Below, one piece after another: positions 1 through 10,131 of a stretch of 64,000 bases of DNA. The DNA comes from an uncultured bacterium (lineage in GTDB: Bacteria > Patescibacteriota > Microgenomatia > UBA1400 > UBA12108): assembly GCA_963981525.1 (NCBI GenBank), contig CAXCDZ010000001.1, positions 11,217 to 75,216 on the forward strand, read 5' to 3'. Position 1 is the stretch's first letter; each line of letters starts with the position of its first letter. Both the position numbers and the translations under genes were made by a program. A model generated the notes under the pieces. It ran no database searches. It was not told the DNA's origin and saw only the letters and a list, made by a program, of their open reading frames with translations.

Positions 1-132
1 GTAAGTGAAGTGGAATGGGGAGTCAAGGGTAAGGAGAGCGCGGGCCAATTCTTCTGTGTAGCGGGCTACTCCGTGGCCAGAATAAACCATCTGTGAGACG
101 TCGAGGGCTACTTTGTGTTTATTATTTTTCAT
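1..132 (-). CDS. Glycosyltransferase family 4 (GT1-like), N-terminal fragment; 3' end lies beyond the window
   Basis: Reverse-complement of 1..132 translates to MKNNKHKVALDVSQMVYSGHGVARYTEELARALL..., a typical GT4 N-terminus (KIALD...GGxxRY..EL..AL). ATG at 130-132. Overlaps the stop of the upstream gene by ~10 bp. Confidence 0.5.
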   Translation of the reverse strand, partial: MKNNKHKVALDVSQMVYSGHGVARYTEELARALLTLDSPFHFTY

Positions 133-1438
133 AGATAGAGAGAGCAAGTCCAGAATAGGTCTGCTCTGAAACTAGATTATAGCCTTGTTCAGCCAGATTC
201 GCACGACCCTGGAGAGATGTGTCAAAGATATCCTCGACATATTTGATGTAAAAAACCCGATCAGTAGTAAGAAGTTCTTGGTTTTTGAGCTCAGTGAGGG
301 GGAGATGAAGGTTGTAATATCTTAGCGGGGCGTTTTGAGCCAGACTGGGGAGAGCGACGATCCCATCTTGACTGTTGAGATAGCTAGTGAGTGAGCGCCA
401 GTCTTCGTGATGAAAAGCAGGACTCAGATAAAAAATTCCGACAAAGACTAGGTTAAGGACGACCATAAGAACAGTCACGGTGCGAGGTAGCTTGGAGAGC
501 CCGAGCGCAAGAAGTGTGAGAAGGAGTGGAACTAAGAACAAGAGGCGAAAGTATGAATAGATTGGGACAACAAGAGAGATAAGTGAGGCGAATAGGACAG
601 TACCGATAATGCTTACGGTGAGGAGAGTATACTTACCCTTAACTCTAGTGAGAATGTGAGAGTGCAAGGCAGCAATGAGTGCAATAATGCCTGCGTAGAG
701 ATATTTGTTAGTGAATGAGATTCTCCCTATTACTGCCTTAACCCAAGTGAGAGCAATTGCCTTGCCACTAATCCCACCGACTACCCTACCCCACTCTGGA
801 GAGTGGCTCATGGTGGAGAGCCCGATTCCGATCGAGTCAATTAAAGAGGGAAGCCAAGGAATAAGGGATAAAAAGGTCAGGAAGGCGAGGCGGGTGAGCT
901 GCCATTTTTTTTGAGATACCACGTATGCTAACTGGAAAAAGATGATGATCCAAGCGAGATAGGAACTCCACAACGCAAACATTGTGGAGAGCATATAGCA
1001 TATTGCTAATAGCTTATGGCGTTTTTGAGATACAAGAAGGGAAAGTAAGTAATAGAAACTGGCCGTGACAAAAAATGTGGTCATCATGTAAGTGCGTCCT
1101 TCGGCAGAGTAGTAGATCAAGAGTGGATTGGTTGCTAGTAGTAAGCCTGCGATAGTACCAGCTTTCTTATTTAGAGCTGAAGCCAGTTTTCTACCAAAGT
1201 AAACTGTACCAAGACCTGCTAAGAGAGATGGTGTGCGGAGGGCAAACTCAGAGAATCCTACCAGAGAGGTCCAGGCCGAGAGAATGAGGTGATAAATGGG
1301 AGGCTGGAAGTCAGAGAGGGCGTAGGTGAGAAGCGGACCCATCTTACCCATCAGAGCGAGGGCTTGGATACTCTCGTCGAGCCAGAGTGAGCTAGTCATA
1401 ATGGGAAGGCGGAGAATGAGGGCTAAAAGATAAATCAT
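122..1438 (-). CDS. GT-C fold glycosyltransferase, ArnT/PMT_2 family (GT39/GT83-like) polytopic membrane protein
   Basis: ORF track 122..1510. Contains the 'WLDESIQALAL...FQPPIYHLIL' DE-loop motif characteristic of ArnT/PMT_2. Many TM helices. Start likely at internal Met (MIYLLALIL, ~1438) to avoid a 65-bp overlap with the upstream methyltransferase. Confidence 0.7.
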   Translation of the reverse strand: MIYLLALILRLPIMTSSLWLDESIQALALMGKMGPLLTYALSDFQPPIYHLILSAWTSLVGFSEFALRTPSLLAGLGTVYFGRKLASALNKKAGTIAGLLLATNPLLIYYSAEGRTYMMTTFFVTASFYYLLSLLVSQKRHKLLAICYMLSTMFALWSSYLAWIIIFFQLAYVVSQKKWQLTRLAFLTFLSLIPWLPSLIDSIGIGLSTMSHSPEWGRVVGGISGKAIALTWVKAVIGRISFTNKYLYAGIIALIAALHSHILTRVKGKYTLLTVSIIGTVLFASLISLVVPIYSYFRLLFLVPLLLTLLALGLSKLPRTVTVLMVVLNLVFVGIFYLSPAFHHEDWRSLTSYLNSQDGIVALPSLAQNAPLRYYNLHLPLTELKNQELLTTDRVFYIKYVEDIFDTSLQGRANLAEQGYNLVSEQTYSGLALSIYEK

Positions 1439-1445
1439 ATTGTTT

Positions 1446-2231
1446 CTACAAACCTGAATCAAACCTGGAAGATGATTTTGGTTTTGCCCGAGTATTCTCG
1501 AAGACCCCAAAAATATGAGCTGAGAAAACTATCGGAGAGAAAGTGATGAATGGGATAGAGAAGAGTGCGAAGAGATCAAAAACTATCTTCTTGAGTCCAG
1601 TCCTAAAAGCATAGTTATCGAGCCTACCACCCTTGAGCTCGACTACTTTGTAGTGAAGGATGTTGGCGATCTTGCGTGCCTGGTGGAAAGTAAATTGATA
1701 AGTATGCCCCCAGGGCCCAAAAGCAGTAGAGACAAATAATTTTGAGGGAAAAAAGGTCAAGAGAATACCATTGAGGAACCAACCGGCGTTAGGAAAAGAA
1801 AAAATAATCTTGCCCTTGGGAGATAATAATGGTTTGAGATCATATAGAAGAGTCTGAGGAGAAAAAAGATGTTCGAGGACATCCGAGAGAACGATGATGT
1901 CAAATTTGTTATCAAAAGGAATGGGCTCTCTCTCCACATCGCAAGCCTGGTACTGGATCTTGCTGCCAACAAAAGATTGCTTGGATCTCTCCTGGATGTC
2001 AAGTCCATAGAGATTGTGATACCCTTCTTCCTCTAGCTGAAAAAGGATCTTGCCGTCTGAACAACCGATATCAAGAATAGTGGAGTCAGGTTGGGCATGT
2101 TCTCTAATCATATCTAAAACGATGCGGTGTTTGTTGATCATGCCGAGTCCATCTGTATCGTTATCTGAAAAAGCAGAGACTTGATTATCAATAAACTGTT
2201 TTTTGATGCTGGGAGAGGACTTATGACTCAT
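1446..2231 (-). CDS. Class I SAM-dependent methyltransferase
   Basis: Motif I 'ILDIGCSDGKILFQLEE' (DxGxGxG). Post-I acidic residue 'LYGLDIQE'. 'IIVLSDVLEHL' motif II. Confidence 0.75.
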   Translation of the reverse strand: MSHKSSPSIKKQFIDNQVSAFSDNDTDGLGMINKHRIVLDMIREHAQPDSTILDIGCSDGKILFQLEEEGYHNLYGLDIQERSKQSFVGSKIQYQACDVEREPIPFDNKFDIIVLSDVLEHLFSPQTLLYDLKPLLSPKGKIIFSFPNAGWFLNGILLTFFPSKLFVSTAFGPWGHTYQFTFHQARKIANILHYKVVELKGGRLDNYAFRTGLKKIVFDLFALFSIPFITFSPIVFSAHIFGVFENTRAKPKSSSRFDSGL

Positions 2232-3082
2232 TTGCTAAGTTTACCACTTATTAACATTTCCAAGATCCCGAAAACACGACCATAGTCATAGATTATTTTG
2301 AACGCGAGATACTGGGGGTTGAGGCGAGTAATGGACCTAAACATACCCACCATAATCGAGATGGGGAGAGTGGAGCGCAGGACTGCGTAGAGCGCGCCAA
2401 ATAGACCTAGTTTGTAAGGACGTTTGGCTGCCCATTTGGCCTGATAGTAAATCTTTTTGTAAGAATCGGGATTGTGGTGATAACAGAGTGCGTGAGTCGC
2501 AAGAGGCCTCTTGCCGAGCTTGTGGAAAAGACTCCAGGTATCGGTGTAGCCAATGTTGTCAAAACCCCCCACCCCCTCAAACTCGCTCCGGAGAATAGCC
2601 CGGTAATCGGTGCCCCATTTTGGTGGGTTCTTGGGGAATCTAGACTGATCCTCCCACCCTTCCTCGATATTCCAGCAACGTGCAAGAGGATTATCCCAGT
2701 TGGCAACTTGCTCGAGAGTAGTGTAGGTGCCGATTGCATCTCCTTTCTTGATAGGAGTAATGAGATCGCGAACATAGTCGGGACCGAACTCCATATCAGC
2801 ATCAACGAAGAGAAGAATATCAGAACTCGCGTACTCGGCGCCGAGGTTGCGGGCGATGGCTGGACCCTGATGATCTTGCTTAAGCAGCATGATCTTGTCG
2901 GAGTAGTTAGTAAGAAGATCTAGGGAGTTATCGGTAGAGCCGTCGTCAACCACGATCAGTTGGATTGGAAGGCTTTGGGTGAGAAGTGAGTCGAGCGCGG
3001 CGGGCAAAGTATGTGCGCTGTTGTAGGTCGCAAGAACTAAGGAAGCGACTGGCTTAGATGAGGGCATGGAGCTCCTTCTCAA
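2228..3082 (-). CDS. Glycosyltransferase family 2 (GT-A)
   Basis: 'ASLVLATYNSAHTLPAALDSLLTQS...LIVVDDGSTDNS' and a 'VDAD' DxD-region. Typical GT2 N-terminal domain. Confidence 0.8.
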   Translation of the reverse strand: MRRSSMPSSKPVASLVLATYNSAHTLPAALDSLLTQSLPIQLIVVDDGSTDNSLDLLTNYSDKIMLLKQDHQGPAIARNLGAEYASSDILLFVDADMEFGPDYVRDLITPIKKGDAIGTYTTLEQVANWDNPLARCWNIEEGWEDQSRFPKNPPKWGTDYRAILRSEFEGVGGFDNIGYTDTWSLFHKLGKRPLATHALCYHHNPDSYKKIYYQAKWAAKRPYKLGLFGALYAVLRSTLPISIMVGMFRSITRLNPQYLAFKIIYDYGRVFGILEMLISGKLSK

Positions 3083-4121
3083 TACTATTTACGACTGTAG
3101 CTAGATTGTATGGTTTGAGATCCTCGGTATAGTCAATCTTCCTTTTGCCTTTTACGGCACGCTCGATCCCACGAGCAATATCGACTGAATCGTGTGGGTC
3201 CACAAAATAACCTGAGTTGCCAATAATCTTGCGTCTGATCGGGTCATCTGAGGCGACAATGGGTAGTCCTGCTGCCATTGCTTCTAGATAGACCCTGCCA
3301 AATGCTTCTTGTGGGTCTGGAGTGAAACAAAAAATGTGAGACGCTCGGTAGTATGCTGGGAGCTTGCTGGGCTCCAGGTGCTTGATCCAGGAGAACTCAT
3401 TGTCTAGCTGTGAGAGATCTTGGGTAATCTCGTCTTCTAGCTCACCACTACCGATCAGAAGGAGGGAGGATTTGAGATAGGAAACTGCCTTGATAACACT
3501 CGGAATGTTTTTATAACTAGTGAGAGCGCCAACTGTGAAAATGATGGGTCTGACAAGATCAATCTCTGCTGGTTTGGCTGACTGGAAAGGCTTGATATTA
3601 ATTGGGTTGGGAATATGAATAGTCTTGGTGTTTGAGTGAGCGTGTTTAACCGCCCATGTGAGAGCTTGTGGGGTAAGGGCAATAAAAAGATCGGGTCGAG
3701 CGTGGAGGCTAGCGAGATCATCATGTCCTATCCCAGCTCTCCCAAAAACTACTGTCTTGACCTTAGGGAATTCACGTCGAATTAGCTTAAGTTGAGAGGA
3801 TCCGTTAACTGCAATGATGACCTCGGGGTTGAATTTCTTGATTGCTGAGAGAGAGTTGTTGGTAAACATCACCACCTCCCGGCTGGCTTGATTGAGTCCG
3901 AGACGAAAAAGAATTTTCTGGAAAAAGTTGTCTGGGGCAGGAGGAGGAGGTATATCTGGACCTGAGACTTGCTGATGTTGATACTTTTTCTGAGAAAGTT
4001 TGCCGGCACTAAGAACCAAAATATCGTGCTTATCGGAAAGTTTGGTTGCAATAAGGTCCGTTGAGATCTCACTCCCCCTGTCTACTAACCCAAGAGTCAT
4101 GTGGAGAAAGAGCAACTTCAC
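3054..4121 (-). CDS. Glycosyltransferase family 4
   Basis: C-terminal 'FGRVYLEAMAAGLPIVASD' (GT4 EX7E-region). Rossmann-like GT-B layout. Confidence 0.75.
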   Translation of the reverse strand: MKLLFLHMTLGLVDRGSEISTDLIATKLSDKHDILVLSAGKLSQKKYQHQQVSGPDIPPPPAPDNFFQKILFRLGLNQASREVVMFTNNSLSAIKKFNPEVIIAVNGSSQLKLIRREFPKVKTVVFGRAGIGHDDLASLHARPDLFIALTPQALTWAVKHAHSNTKTIHIPNPINIKPFQSAKPAEIDLVRPIIFTVGALTSYKNIPSVIKAVSYLKSSLLLIGSGELEDEITQDLSQLDNEFSWIKHLEPSKLPAYYRASHIFCFTPDPQEAFGRVYLEAMAAGLPIVASDDPIRRKIIGNSGYFVDPHDSVDIARGIERAVKGKRKIDYTEDLKPYNLATVVNSIEKELHALI

Positions 4122-4921
4122 AAGAACTTTCTTTTTAAGTGTTTTACCGGAGTAATGAGAGAGGCCAAGAGCTCATAAGTGAAGGAGCGTTTGATAGATG
4201 GGTCAGGGATAATATTGGGCCGAGGGAGGGAGAAAATCTCGGGGAGAGGTGTGGTAATCGGGAGCCCTTTCTCGACTTTGTATTTGTGACGGTGAAGCAC
4301 ACTCTTAAGATTGGCACCAGCACTAGAACGCTTGAGATACATGGCGTGGTGAAGATAGTTGTTGGTAATATACCAATTCTGAGGAGCGCGCTCACGCGTA
4401 CTAACACCATCTTGGTCAAAAAACCCTTCGAGTGGATAATCACCTTGGTAGTGGAGACCCTGGATCTTATCCCTGTTAACTAGGCGAGTCACGAGATGCC
4501 CATGCTGCCCGAACAGACTATACTCGCCAATAGAATCTTGCTGATGATGATAAATGTCACCAAGGAGGTCGTAGCGCCTGACTACTATTCCCTCGAATTT
4601 ATCAGAATTGACTTGCCCAACAATCTCTTTGGCTAGGTGAGTGGAGTAGATCTCGTCACCATCGATTAGCCAAATCCAGGGGTTCTTGGACTCCTGAATC
4701 TGAGCTTGCCTAACTGCAGTGAGCTCCTTGGGAGTAGAGATCTTGATGGTAGTCAGGTTAATCTTGGGATCCTTAATGCTCCTGATAATCTCAAGTGTGT
4801 GGTCGGTGCTGCCAGTATCCGTAATTAGCAATGTATCAACGTAGGGCAAAATAGAGTTAATAGCAAACCAGATCCACTGATCCTCATTTTTGACCACCAT
4901 GTGGGCGGCAATAGAGGTCAC
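4118..4921 (-). CDS. Glycosyltransferase family 2-like protein
   Basis: 'IAAHMVVKNEDQWIWFAINSILPYVDTLLITDTGSTDHT' and 'LIDGDE'. GT2-like N-terminal fold. Confidence 0.6.
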   Translation of the reverse strand: MTSIAAHMVVKNEDQWIWFAINSILPYVDTLLITDTGSTDHTLEIIRSIKDPKINLTTIKISTPKELTAVRQAQIQESKNPWIWLIDGDEIYSTHLAKEIVGQVNSDKFEGIVVRRYDLLGDIYHHQQDSIGEYSLFGQHGHLVTRLVNRDKIQGLHYQGDYPLEGFFDQDGVSTRERAPQNWYITNNYLHHAMYLKRSSAGANLKSVLHRHKYKVEKGLPITTPLPEIFSLPRPNIIPDPSIKRSFTYELLASLITPVKHLKRKFL

Positions 4922-5598
4922 TTCTTGGTTGCCTCGACAATCATAATCATGCCAAAGAGTGCTGGAGCAAGCTTGAGAAAAGGAATATCAAGGCGTCGTC
5001 TAGAAACTGGCAGGAATGATGTTTCTGTGAATCCTGTGGCATCTAGGAGTTGCTTGAGAATGTGGCGGTTAAAGAAACGAATGTGCGTCCACTCCCATGG
5101 CTTGTTATCCTCACCCTCTGTTTTTGGGAGCGATCCTGTGAGAAGAGTGTATAGACGATACCTCCAGTATCCTTGGTTGGGAGTAGAGATAATAACTCTC
5201 CCGCTTGGCTTAAGAACTCGGTATATCTCATGGAGAATATCGGCGGGAGTAAAGACATGCTCAATATTATCTCCCCAGAAGACAGTGTCAAAAGATTTAT
5301 CCTTAAAAGGCAATTTCTTCTCTACAGAACCAACGACTCCTTTGACTCCACGCTTTTTGGCATTTGCAATCGCAGTTTCGGAGATGTCCAGCGCTGTAAC
5401 CTGGCATTGATAATTATCTTGGAGGTAGCTCCCGACGATAGAGTTGCCGCTTGCAAGATCTAGAACCTTTTCTTTTCTCCTGAATAATTTGGGTAGTACC
5501 CAATTTCGTTCATACTGATCAAAAAGTTCGCCACCTGCACGAAGAGTTCGCTTAACCCACTGCTTTTCATATTTTTCGGAAATTTGGTTTTTTGTCAT
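4918..5598 (-). CDS. Class I SAM-dependent methyltransferase
   Basis: 'KVLDLASGNSIVGSYL' motif I. 'VFWGDNIEHV' and 'LKPSGRVIIS' (methyltransf_11/23-like). Confidence 0.7.
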   Translation of the reverse strand: MTKNQISEKYEKQWVKRTLRAGGELFDQYERNWVLPKLFRRKEKVLDLASGNSIVGSYLQDNYQCQVTALDISETAIANAKKRGVKGVVGSVEKKLPFKDKSFDTVFWGDNIEHVFTPADILHEIYRVLKPSGRVIISTPNQGYWRYRLYTLLTGSLPKTEGEDNKPWEWTHIRFFNRHILKQLLDATGFTETSFLPVSRRRLDIPFLKLAPALFGMIMIVEATKK

Positions 5599-5611
5599 AG
5601 GCTCATTATAT

Positions 5612-6943
5612 TCAATTATCGTGAGATTTTCTGTAGAGAAAAGTTTGTGAGTCTATCTCCTCGTGGAGGACGTAGTAGTTATCTATGTAGTTAAGAATAA
5701 GTTGGGGAGCTGAGTTGCTACCTAAAAGAATATATACTGGCTGAGAATCAAGTAGCTTGGAGACTGTTAACTCCTGCACCCCGGGATAGTCATAATAGAG
5801 AGGAGTGCTGGGATAGATAAAGTCTATATTGGGATACTTGTTGATCAGGTAGTACCAATGATCCCAGGAGTTGGTGGTAAAAATCGTCTCATCTCCTACA
5901 ATGTTTGTAATGTGCTGTGACTCAGAAATAATTGTCTGCTCGATGAATCTAGGAGGAAGGGCGCGGTAGTCATGATAATATTCCAAAAACACTAGTAGGC
6001 TAGTTATGGAGAGAATGGTAATAATTAGGCGCCTGCAAGTGATGATCTTGATATTAGTTAGTAGTAAAAATAACAGGAGTAAAAGGAAGTTGAGCGATGG
6101 CAAGACATGAAAAAGCTCGAACCTAGGCCAGATTCCAATTAGAGAAAATAGATACCACACCATTAACTCTCGATGCTGACGTGGGATCTTGGAAGATTTT
6201 TGCCTCTGGGCAAAGAATGAGACTGCTAACATAACGATGGGAAGCAGAAAGAGAATAAGTTGGTTGAGCTGGGGTAGTTGTCTCTGGCCAGAATGACTAG
6301 CCATATGCTGAATTGGAAATAATAGGTTTTGCTGGACTGCAGTTAACCAACTCTCTGTTGGGATCATTAGTAGGTATCCAGCAATAGCCAAGAAACCACT
6401 AAGGAGTATAAATCGAAGAAATTGTCTTGAGCTATTTAGTGAGTACATTATGGGAATTAGCATAACTACTGCAGTTTGTTTGGTAAGAATCGCGAAAGAG
6501 AAGAAGATTGAGGCAAGTAGTAGTCGACCACGATAGATCATACTGTAGGTAATAAACAACAAGGGTGTTAAGAGGTGGTCAAACCACAAGCCATTTGCTT
6601 CGTACCTAATCTGCCAGATGATGAGAAGAAAGGAGACAAATATAAGCAACTTGAGTGAAGAGTGCCTTTTGCGAAGCTCTGTGACGAATAGTGACAAATT
6701 GAACAGTAGCACTGCTGTTGTAATTAACTGAAGCATAGTCACGTCCCAATGATTTGAGGAAACTAAAGAAAGAATTGAAAGCAAGAGAGGTGGGTAGACA
6801 ACAAAGATGTTGGAATAGTATGCAAATCCACCTTGGTGCAGATATGGCCAAACTAACATCTCTGGCCAAGCCGTAAATTGAGTGCTATATAGCAAAACCG
6901 TGAAGATGGCCGACAATAATATTAGGGGCTTGTGCCTTGTCAT
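5612..6943 (-). CDS. Uncharacterised polytopic membrane protein (possible GT-C-like transferase or polymerase)
   Basis: ~10 predicted hydrophobic helices and a C-terminal soluble domain. No recognisable catalytic motif. Confidence 0.4.
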   Translation of the reverse strand: MTRHKPLILLSAIFTVLLYSTQFTAWPEMLVWPYLHQGGFAYYSNIFVVYPPLLLSILSLVSSNHWDVTMLQLITTAVLLFNLSLFVTELRKRHSSLKLLIFVSFLLIIWQIRYEANGLWFDHLLTPLLFITYSMIYRGRLLLASIFFSFAILTKQTAVVMLIPIMYSLNSSRQFLRFILLSGFLAIAGYLLMIPTESWLTAVQQNLLFPIQHMASHSGQRQLPQLNQLILFLLPIVMLAVSFFAQRQKSSKIPRQHRELMVWYLFSLIGIWPRFELFHVLPSLNFLLLLLFLLLTNIKIITCRRLIITILSITSLLVFLEYYHDYRALPPRFIEQTIISESQHITNIVGDETIFTTNSWDHWYYLINKYPNIDFIYPSTPLYYDYPGVQELTVSKLLDSQPVYILLGSNSAPQLILNYIDNYYVLHEEIDSQTFLYRKSHDN

Positions 6944-8229
6944 TAACTTTTTGATGGAGAAAAGTGTTCTTGATATGATTTCTTCGCAAAGAGAAGGGTG
7001 AAGATGAGAATGGCTAGTCTAGTGATAATCCTGGCATAACCTGCCCCAATAAGACCAAATGGTGGGATCAAAACTACATCAGAAATAAGGAGGACTATGG
7101 TACTCAAGATACCCGAGATTGCAAAATAGGTTGGCTTGTTGAATAGGTAAAACAATGCAACAAAAGGAGAAGTTGCAGTAAGAAGAGCGGTCGAAATGAA
7201 AAGTAGGTTCAGAGGGGCAACGGCATCAAGATATTCTAGTCCGACAGTGTAATAGATGGCGGGGTAGCTCAATAAGGTCAGGAGCATAATTCCAACCAGA
7301 GAAATTACCCCAATAAGGTAAGCTTTTTTTAGATATGCTTGTAAGTGATGCTTACTTTTGTAGGAGGCAACTCGCACGTTGAGAACTGAACCGAGAGACC
7401 AACCAATTAGGCTAGCGACTGTAGCGATCCTCACGGCAGCTGACCAGAGACCTGTTTCATGACTTGAAAGATAGTTCTGCACTATGATGACGTCGATATT
7501 GTCGGCAATGGTAGCTGAGATAATTGCGATGCTGGTCCATTTGGCAACGGAGATAATTTTTTGCGCTCTATTCTTATCTAGAACGGGTTTGAAATATGTT
7601 AGTGGTAACTTGACAAACCCGGCAATTCCTCCTGCAAGTGGCATCAAGAGATAGACGAGAGTTAGAGGGCCTAGAGCTATGCCAACTGACATAAAAATAA
7701 CTGCATAAAGAAACTTGCCAATTGATTGGATAAAATTGGTCAGGACTGAGTAAGTGAAAAGCCCTCTTCCCTGCAGGATCACGTTAATATATTCGTAAAA
7801 TATCACTGCACCTGAGAGCAAAAATACCCACCTTACCAGATAGTAGTACTGTTCAAGCTGAAGAACTCTGATACCTATCCATTTGCTGGCAATTATCCCA
7901 AATACCATAAGTGCCACAGTCAAAGCTAGTTTGAGGACAAGGCCTGTTTGAATCGTTTCTTTGACAAAGGTGGGATTATCTTTGTGTTGAGATATTTCTC
8001 TCTGAACAGCGATGTTAACTCCAAAGTCACCAACTTTTGAGAGAATAAGTAATAAAGAGAATAGAACTGAGAATATTCCGAACATTTCTGGCCCGAGGGA
8101 GCGAGAGAAGATAATCATTGCGACCGCAGAAATAGCAGTGGCGGTTATGTTACCTGCCATCATCATCGTGGCTGAGCGAACCCCTTCAGATCTAATAGTT
8201 TGGAGTGCAAGTTTTCGGATTCTATCCAT
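6943..8229 (-). CDS. Wzx-like oligo/polysaccharide flippase (MOP superfamily)
   Basis: N-terminus 'LALQTIRSEGVRSATMMMAGNITATAISAVAMIIFSRSLGPEMFGIFSV' is typical of polysaccharide biosynthesis protein (Wzx). 12-14 TM. Confidence 0.75.
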   Translation of the reverse strand: MDRIRKLALQTIRSEGVRSATMMMAGNITATAISAVAMIIFSRSLGPEMFGIFSVLFSLLLILSKVGDFGVNIAVQREISQHKDNPTFVKETIQTGLVLKLALTVALMVFGIIASKWIGIRVLQLEQYYYLVRWVFLLSGAVIFYEYINVILQGRGLFTYSVLTNFIQSIGKFLYAVIFMSVGIALGPLTLVYLLMPLAGGIAGFVKLPLTYFKPVLDKNRAQKIISVAKWTSIAIISATIADNIDVIIVQNYLSSHETGLWSAAVRIATVASLIGWSLGSVLNVRVASYKSKHHLQAYLKKAYLIGVISLVGIMLLTLLSYPAIYYTVGLEYLDAVAPLNLLFISTALLTATSPFVALFYLFNKPTYFAISGILSTIVLLISDVVLIPPFGLIGAGYARIITRLAILIFTLLFAKKSYQEHFSPSKS

Positions 8230-8250
8230 GGACTCATTATAGACCAGTTA

Positions 8251-8868
8251 TTACTTGAACTGGGTCAAGAATCCCCAGATCCTCTCCCACATAGAAGGTT
8301 CGGCGCTGGCTGGGACAGAGCTCGGGGTAACGTCGAGCGGGTTGTAGGCCAGAACATCCTCGACAGAGAGAGTGTTGTTAAGATTGTGATAGATCCCGAT
8401 CACGACAACTGGCTTCTCGACCAGGCGATGAGATGAGTCAAAATCAGTGTCATACTCCAACATATAGACGTCACTGGTGGGGAGAACAAGAATGTCATGA
8501 GATTCGCTAGCAACTCTTACTTCGTGGATCATGCCGAGCTTGCTCATGGGCTGGTTGACTCCCCTGCCCTGCCAGAGTCTGTATCCTAGATAGATCACGA
8601 GCGGGAGAACTAGGAGAGGAATCGTGAACTTGATATTGATGACAGTGTTTTGGCTTTTCCAGATCCTCTTGAGTGCGAGCCACAGACGACCAATGGGATT
8701 ATTGATCCGCAGGTTTACGTCCAGTAAGGGATCTTCTAGGTTCTCAGATTTGGTGACGTCAACGTCGATTGCGTGTACTCCATTGATTGAGACAGATCTC
8801 CCCACCTTCTTCTTACTCTCGCTTGCGCGCTCTGCAATATCAACAATGTCTTTTGCCATTACTATCAA
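8251..8868 (-). CDS. Hypothetical protein with a single TM segment
   Basis: ORF only. One hydrophobic segment (IPLLVLPLVIYLGY). No motif recognised. Confidence 0.35.
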   Translation of the reverse strand: MIVMAKDIVDIAERASESKKKVGRSVSINGVHAIDVDVTKSENLEDPLLDVNLRINNPIGRLWLALKRIWKSQNTVINIKFTIPLLVLPLVIYLGYRLWQGRGVNQPMSKLGMIHEVRVASESHDILVLPTSDVYMLEYDTDFDSSHRLVEKPVVVIGIYHNLNNTLSVEDVLAYNPLDVTPSSVPASAEPSMWERIWGFLTQFK

Positions 8869-8877
8869 TGTACCAAA

Positions 8878-9828
8878 TTAGCGGGAATTGTCTAGTTGTG
8901 TCATTCTAGTTTGACGAGGAGGATTTGATGAGTCCCTCAATGATTGGATGTAGTGCAGTGAAGCTGTAACAATGCTCATGTATTGAATATGCCTTTTGTC
9001 ATCCATAGCTGGATTATCTACCTCATTATCTGTTTGAATGCCGGGATGTCGATAGGGAATGGTAACGCTGCCGACTTTTTTGCCTTCATGGAGTGCACGA
9101 ATAATAGGGAAGAAGGTTGCACTATTGTATGCGCCAGTATTTACATGCGAATGAAAATCCGCAGCCGCACCAGAGCTTGCCTCAAACTGATATCGACCCA
9201 TAAAGTATGGCAGAAATTCCTTGCGAAAGATTCGTGGTCCAAACCAAGCATCAAGATCCGGGTCGTTAGGAGGGAGAAGATCACTTATTCTCAAAAGATG
9301 ATTAAAGCGAGTATTGGCTCTCGTTTCGTAAGCAACCTGAGCAGCCGGATATGTAGAAAAACTCTCTTCATCTCTGGCGGGGACAACCAGATCACAACCC
9401 TCCTTGAGCATGGCCTGCGTAGCTTGCCAAAGACAGGTTGGAGTGAGAAAACTAATCTTCTCTGGCTCAGACCAAGCGATGATCTTAACCTGATCTAATT
9501 CTGCTGCAGCTTGGAAAGCCTCTTGACGAGCAGGGTCCATTCCTCTTTCTTTTTGAGTAAGAACTTGGACATCCAGCTCATTAAGAGCGGATCGAAAATC
9601 ACTACCCTCGTCCCCACCATCAACAACTAGTGTTGAGTGTCCCAGCTCTTGAGATTGAGTGAGTAACTGTAGAGCTAGATCACCACGGATTTTGTCTGTG
9701 TGATCTGGACTGTTGAGATCACCTGAATACCAATCTGGATAAAAGGTGGTTGTGACTACTGCCAAAGATTCTGGGTGTCGTGCGAGCTCACAATTTGCCA
9801 AATCTGGGTGTAACTCTTGTTTAGTCAT
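8878..9828 (-). CDS. Hypothetical protein, possibly nucleotide-diphospho-sugar-transferase-like; visibly higher GC than neighbours
   Basis: 316-aa ORF. 'LVVDGGDEGSD' acidic cluster. Composition differs from flanking genes. Confidence 0.35.
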   Translation of the reverse strand: MTKQELHPDLANCELARHPESLAVVTTTFYPDWYSGDLNSPDHTDKIRGDLALQLLTQSQELGHSTLVVDGGDEGSDFRSALNELDVQVLTQKERGMDPARQEAFQAAAELDQVKIIAWSEPEKISFLTPTCLWQATQAMLKEGCDLVVPARDEESFSTYPAAQVAYETRANTRFNHLLRISDLLPPNDPDLDAWFGPRIFRKEFLPYFMGRYQFEASSGAAADFHSHVNTGAYNSATFFPIIRALHEGKKVGSVTIPYRHPGIQTDNEVDNPAMDDKRHIQYMSIVTASLHYIQSLRDSSNPPRQTRMTQLDNSR

Positions 9829-10094
9829 GTGAGTATATTATTAACTTCCAGCTCTTCTGCGTCGAACACACGTCCTTGTTCGATTTTTTCTAACGCACCT
9901 ATTGCGAATATGGCGATAAGCATAAGAGGTGTTAAATACTTTGCTTCTGTACCTGGGTCGACAACATCAAAAAGAGGCAATAATAATATTCCTGCTATAT
10001 ATGCACCCGTAAATTCACTCATGCGAGTTCCTACCCATGAACGTATTTCAAGCCGTTTTTTATGCTCTTCTAAACTATTCTCTTTGGTAAACAT
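9825..10094 (-). CDS. Small membrane protein (2 TM)
   Basis: 89-aa ORF with two hydrophobic helices. Start overlaps the stop of the upstream gene by 4 bp. Confidence 0.35.
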   Translation of the reverse strand: MFTKENSLEEHKKRLEIRSWVGTRMSEFTGAYIAGILLLPLFDVVDPGTEAKYLTPLMLIAIFAIGALEKIEQGRVFDAEELEVNNILT

Positions 10095-10131
10095 ATGGGT
10101 ATTATATAGTGAGGCCTATAGTAATTCAAGG

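Noticed and set aside
705-914. Short plus-strand ORFs antisense to large minus-strand genes (e.g. 705..914, 2474..2923, 4901..5410, 9817..10164, 14273..14668, 47482..47886, 50726..51002)
   Set aside because: Each lies entirely inside, and in the opposite frame to, a long well-supported minus-strand CDS. They have no motifs and unusual composition, so they are typical shadow ORFs.
6943-8229. A Wzx/Wzy-dependent O-antigen pathway as the explanation for the two flippases
   Set aside because: No Wzy-like polymerase signature, Wzz, or initiating phosphoglycosyltransferase (WbaP/WecA family) could be recognised among the membrane proteins. The flippases may instead serve polyprenol-linked oligosaccharides for the GT-C enzymes. 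I cannot exclude divergent Wzy among the uncharacterised membrane proteins.
8878-9828. Calling the 316-aa protein a glycosyltransferase
   Set aside because: Only a weak acidic cluster (VVDGGDEGSD) and no clear GT-A DxD context or Rossmann signature. Left as hypothetical.
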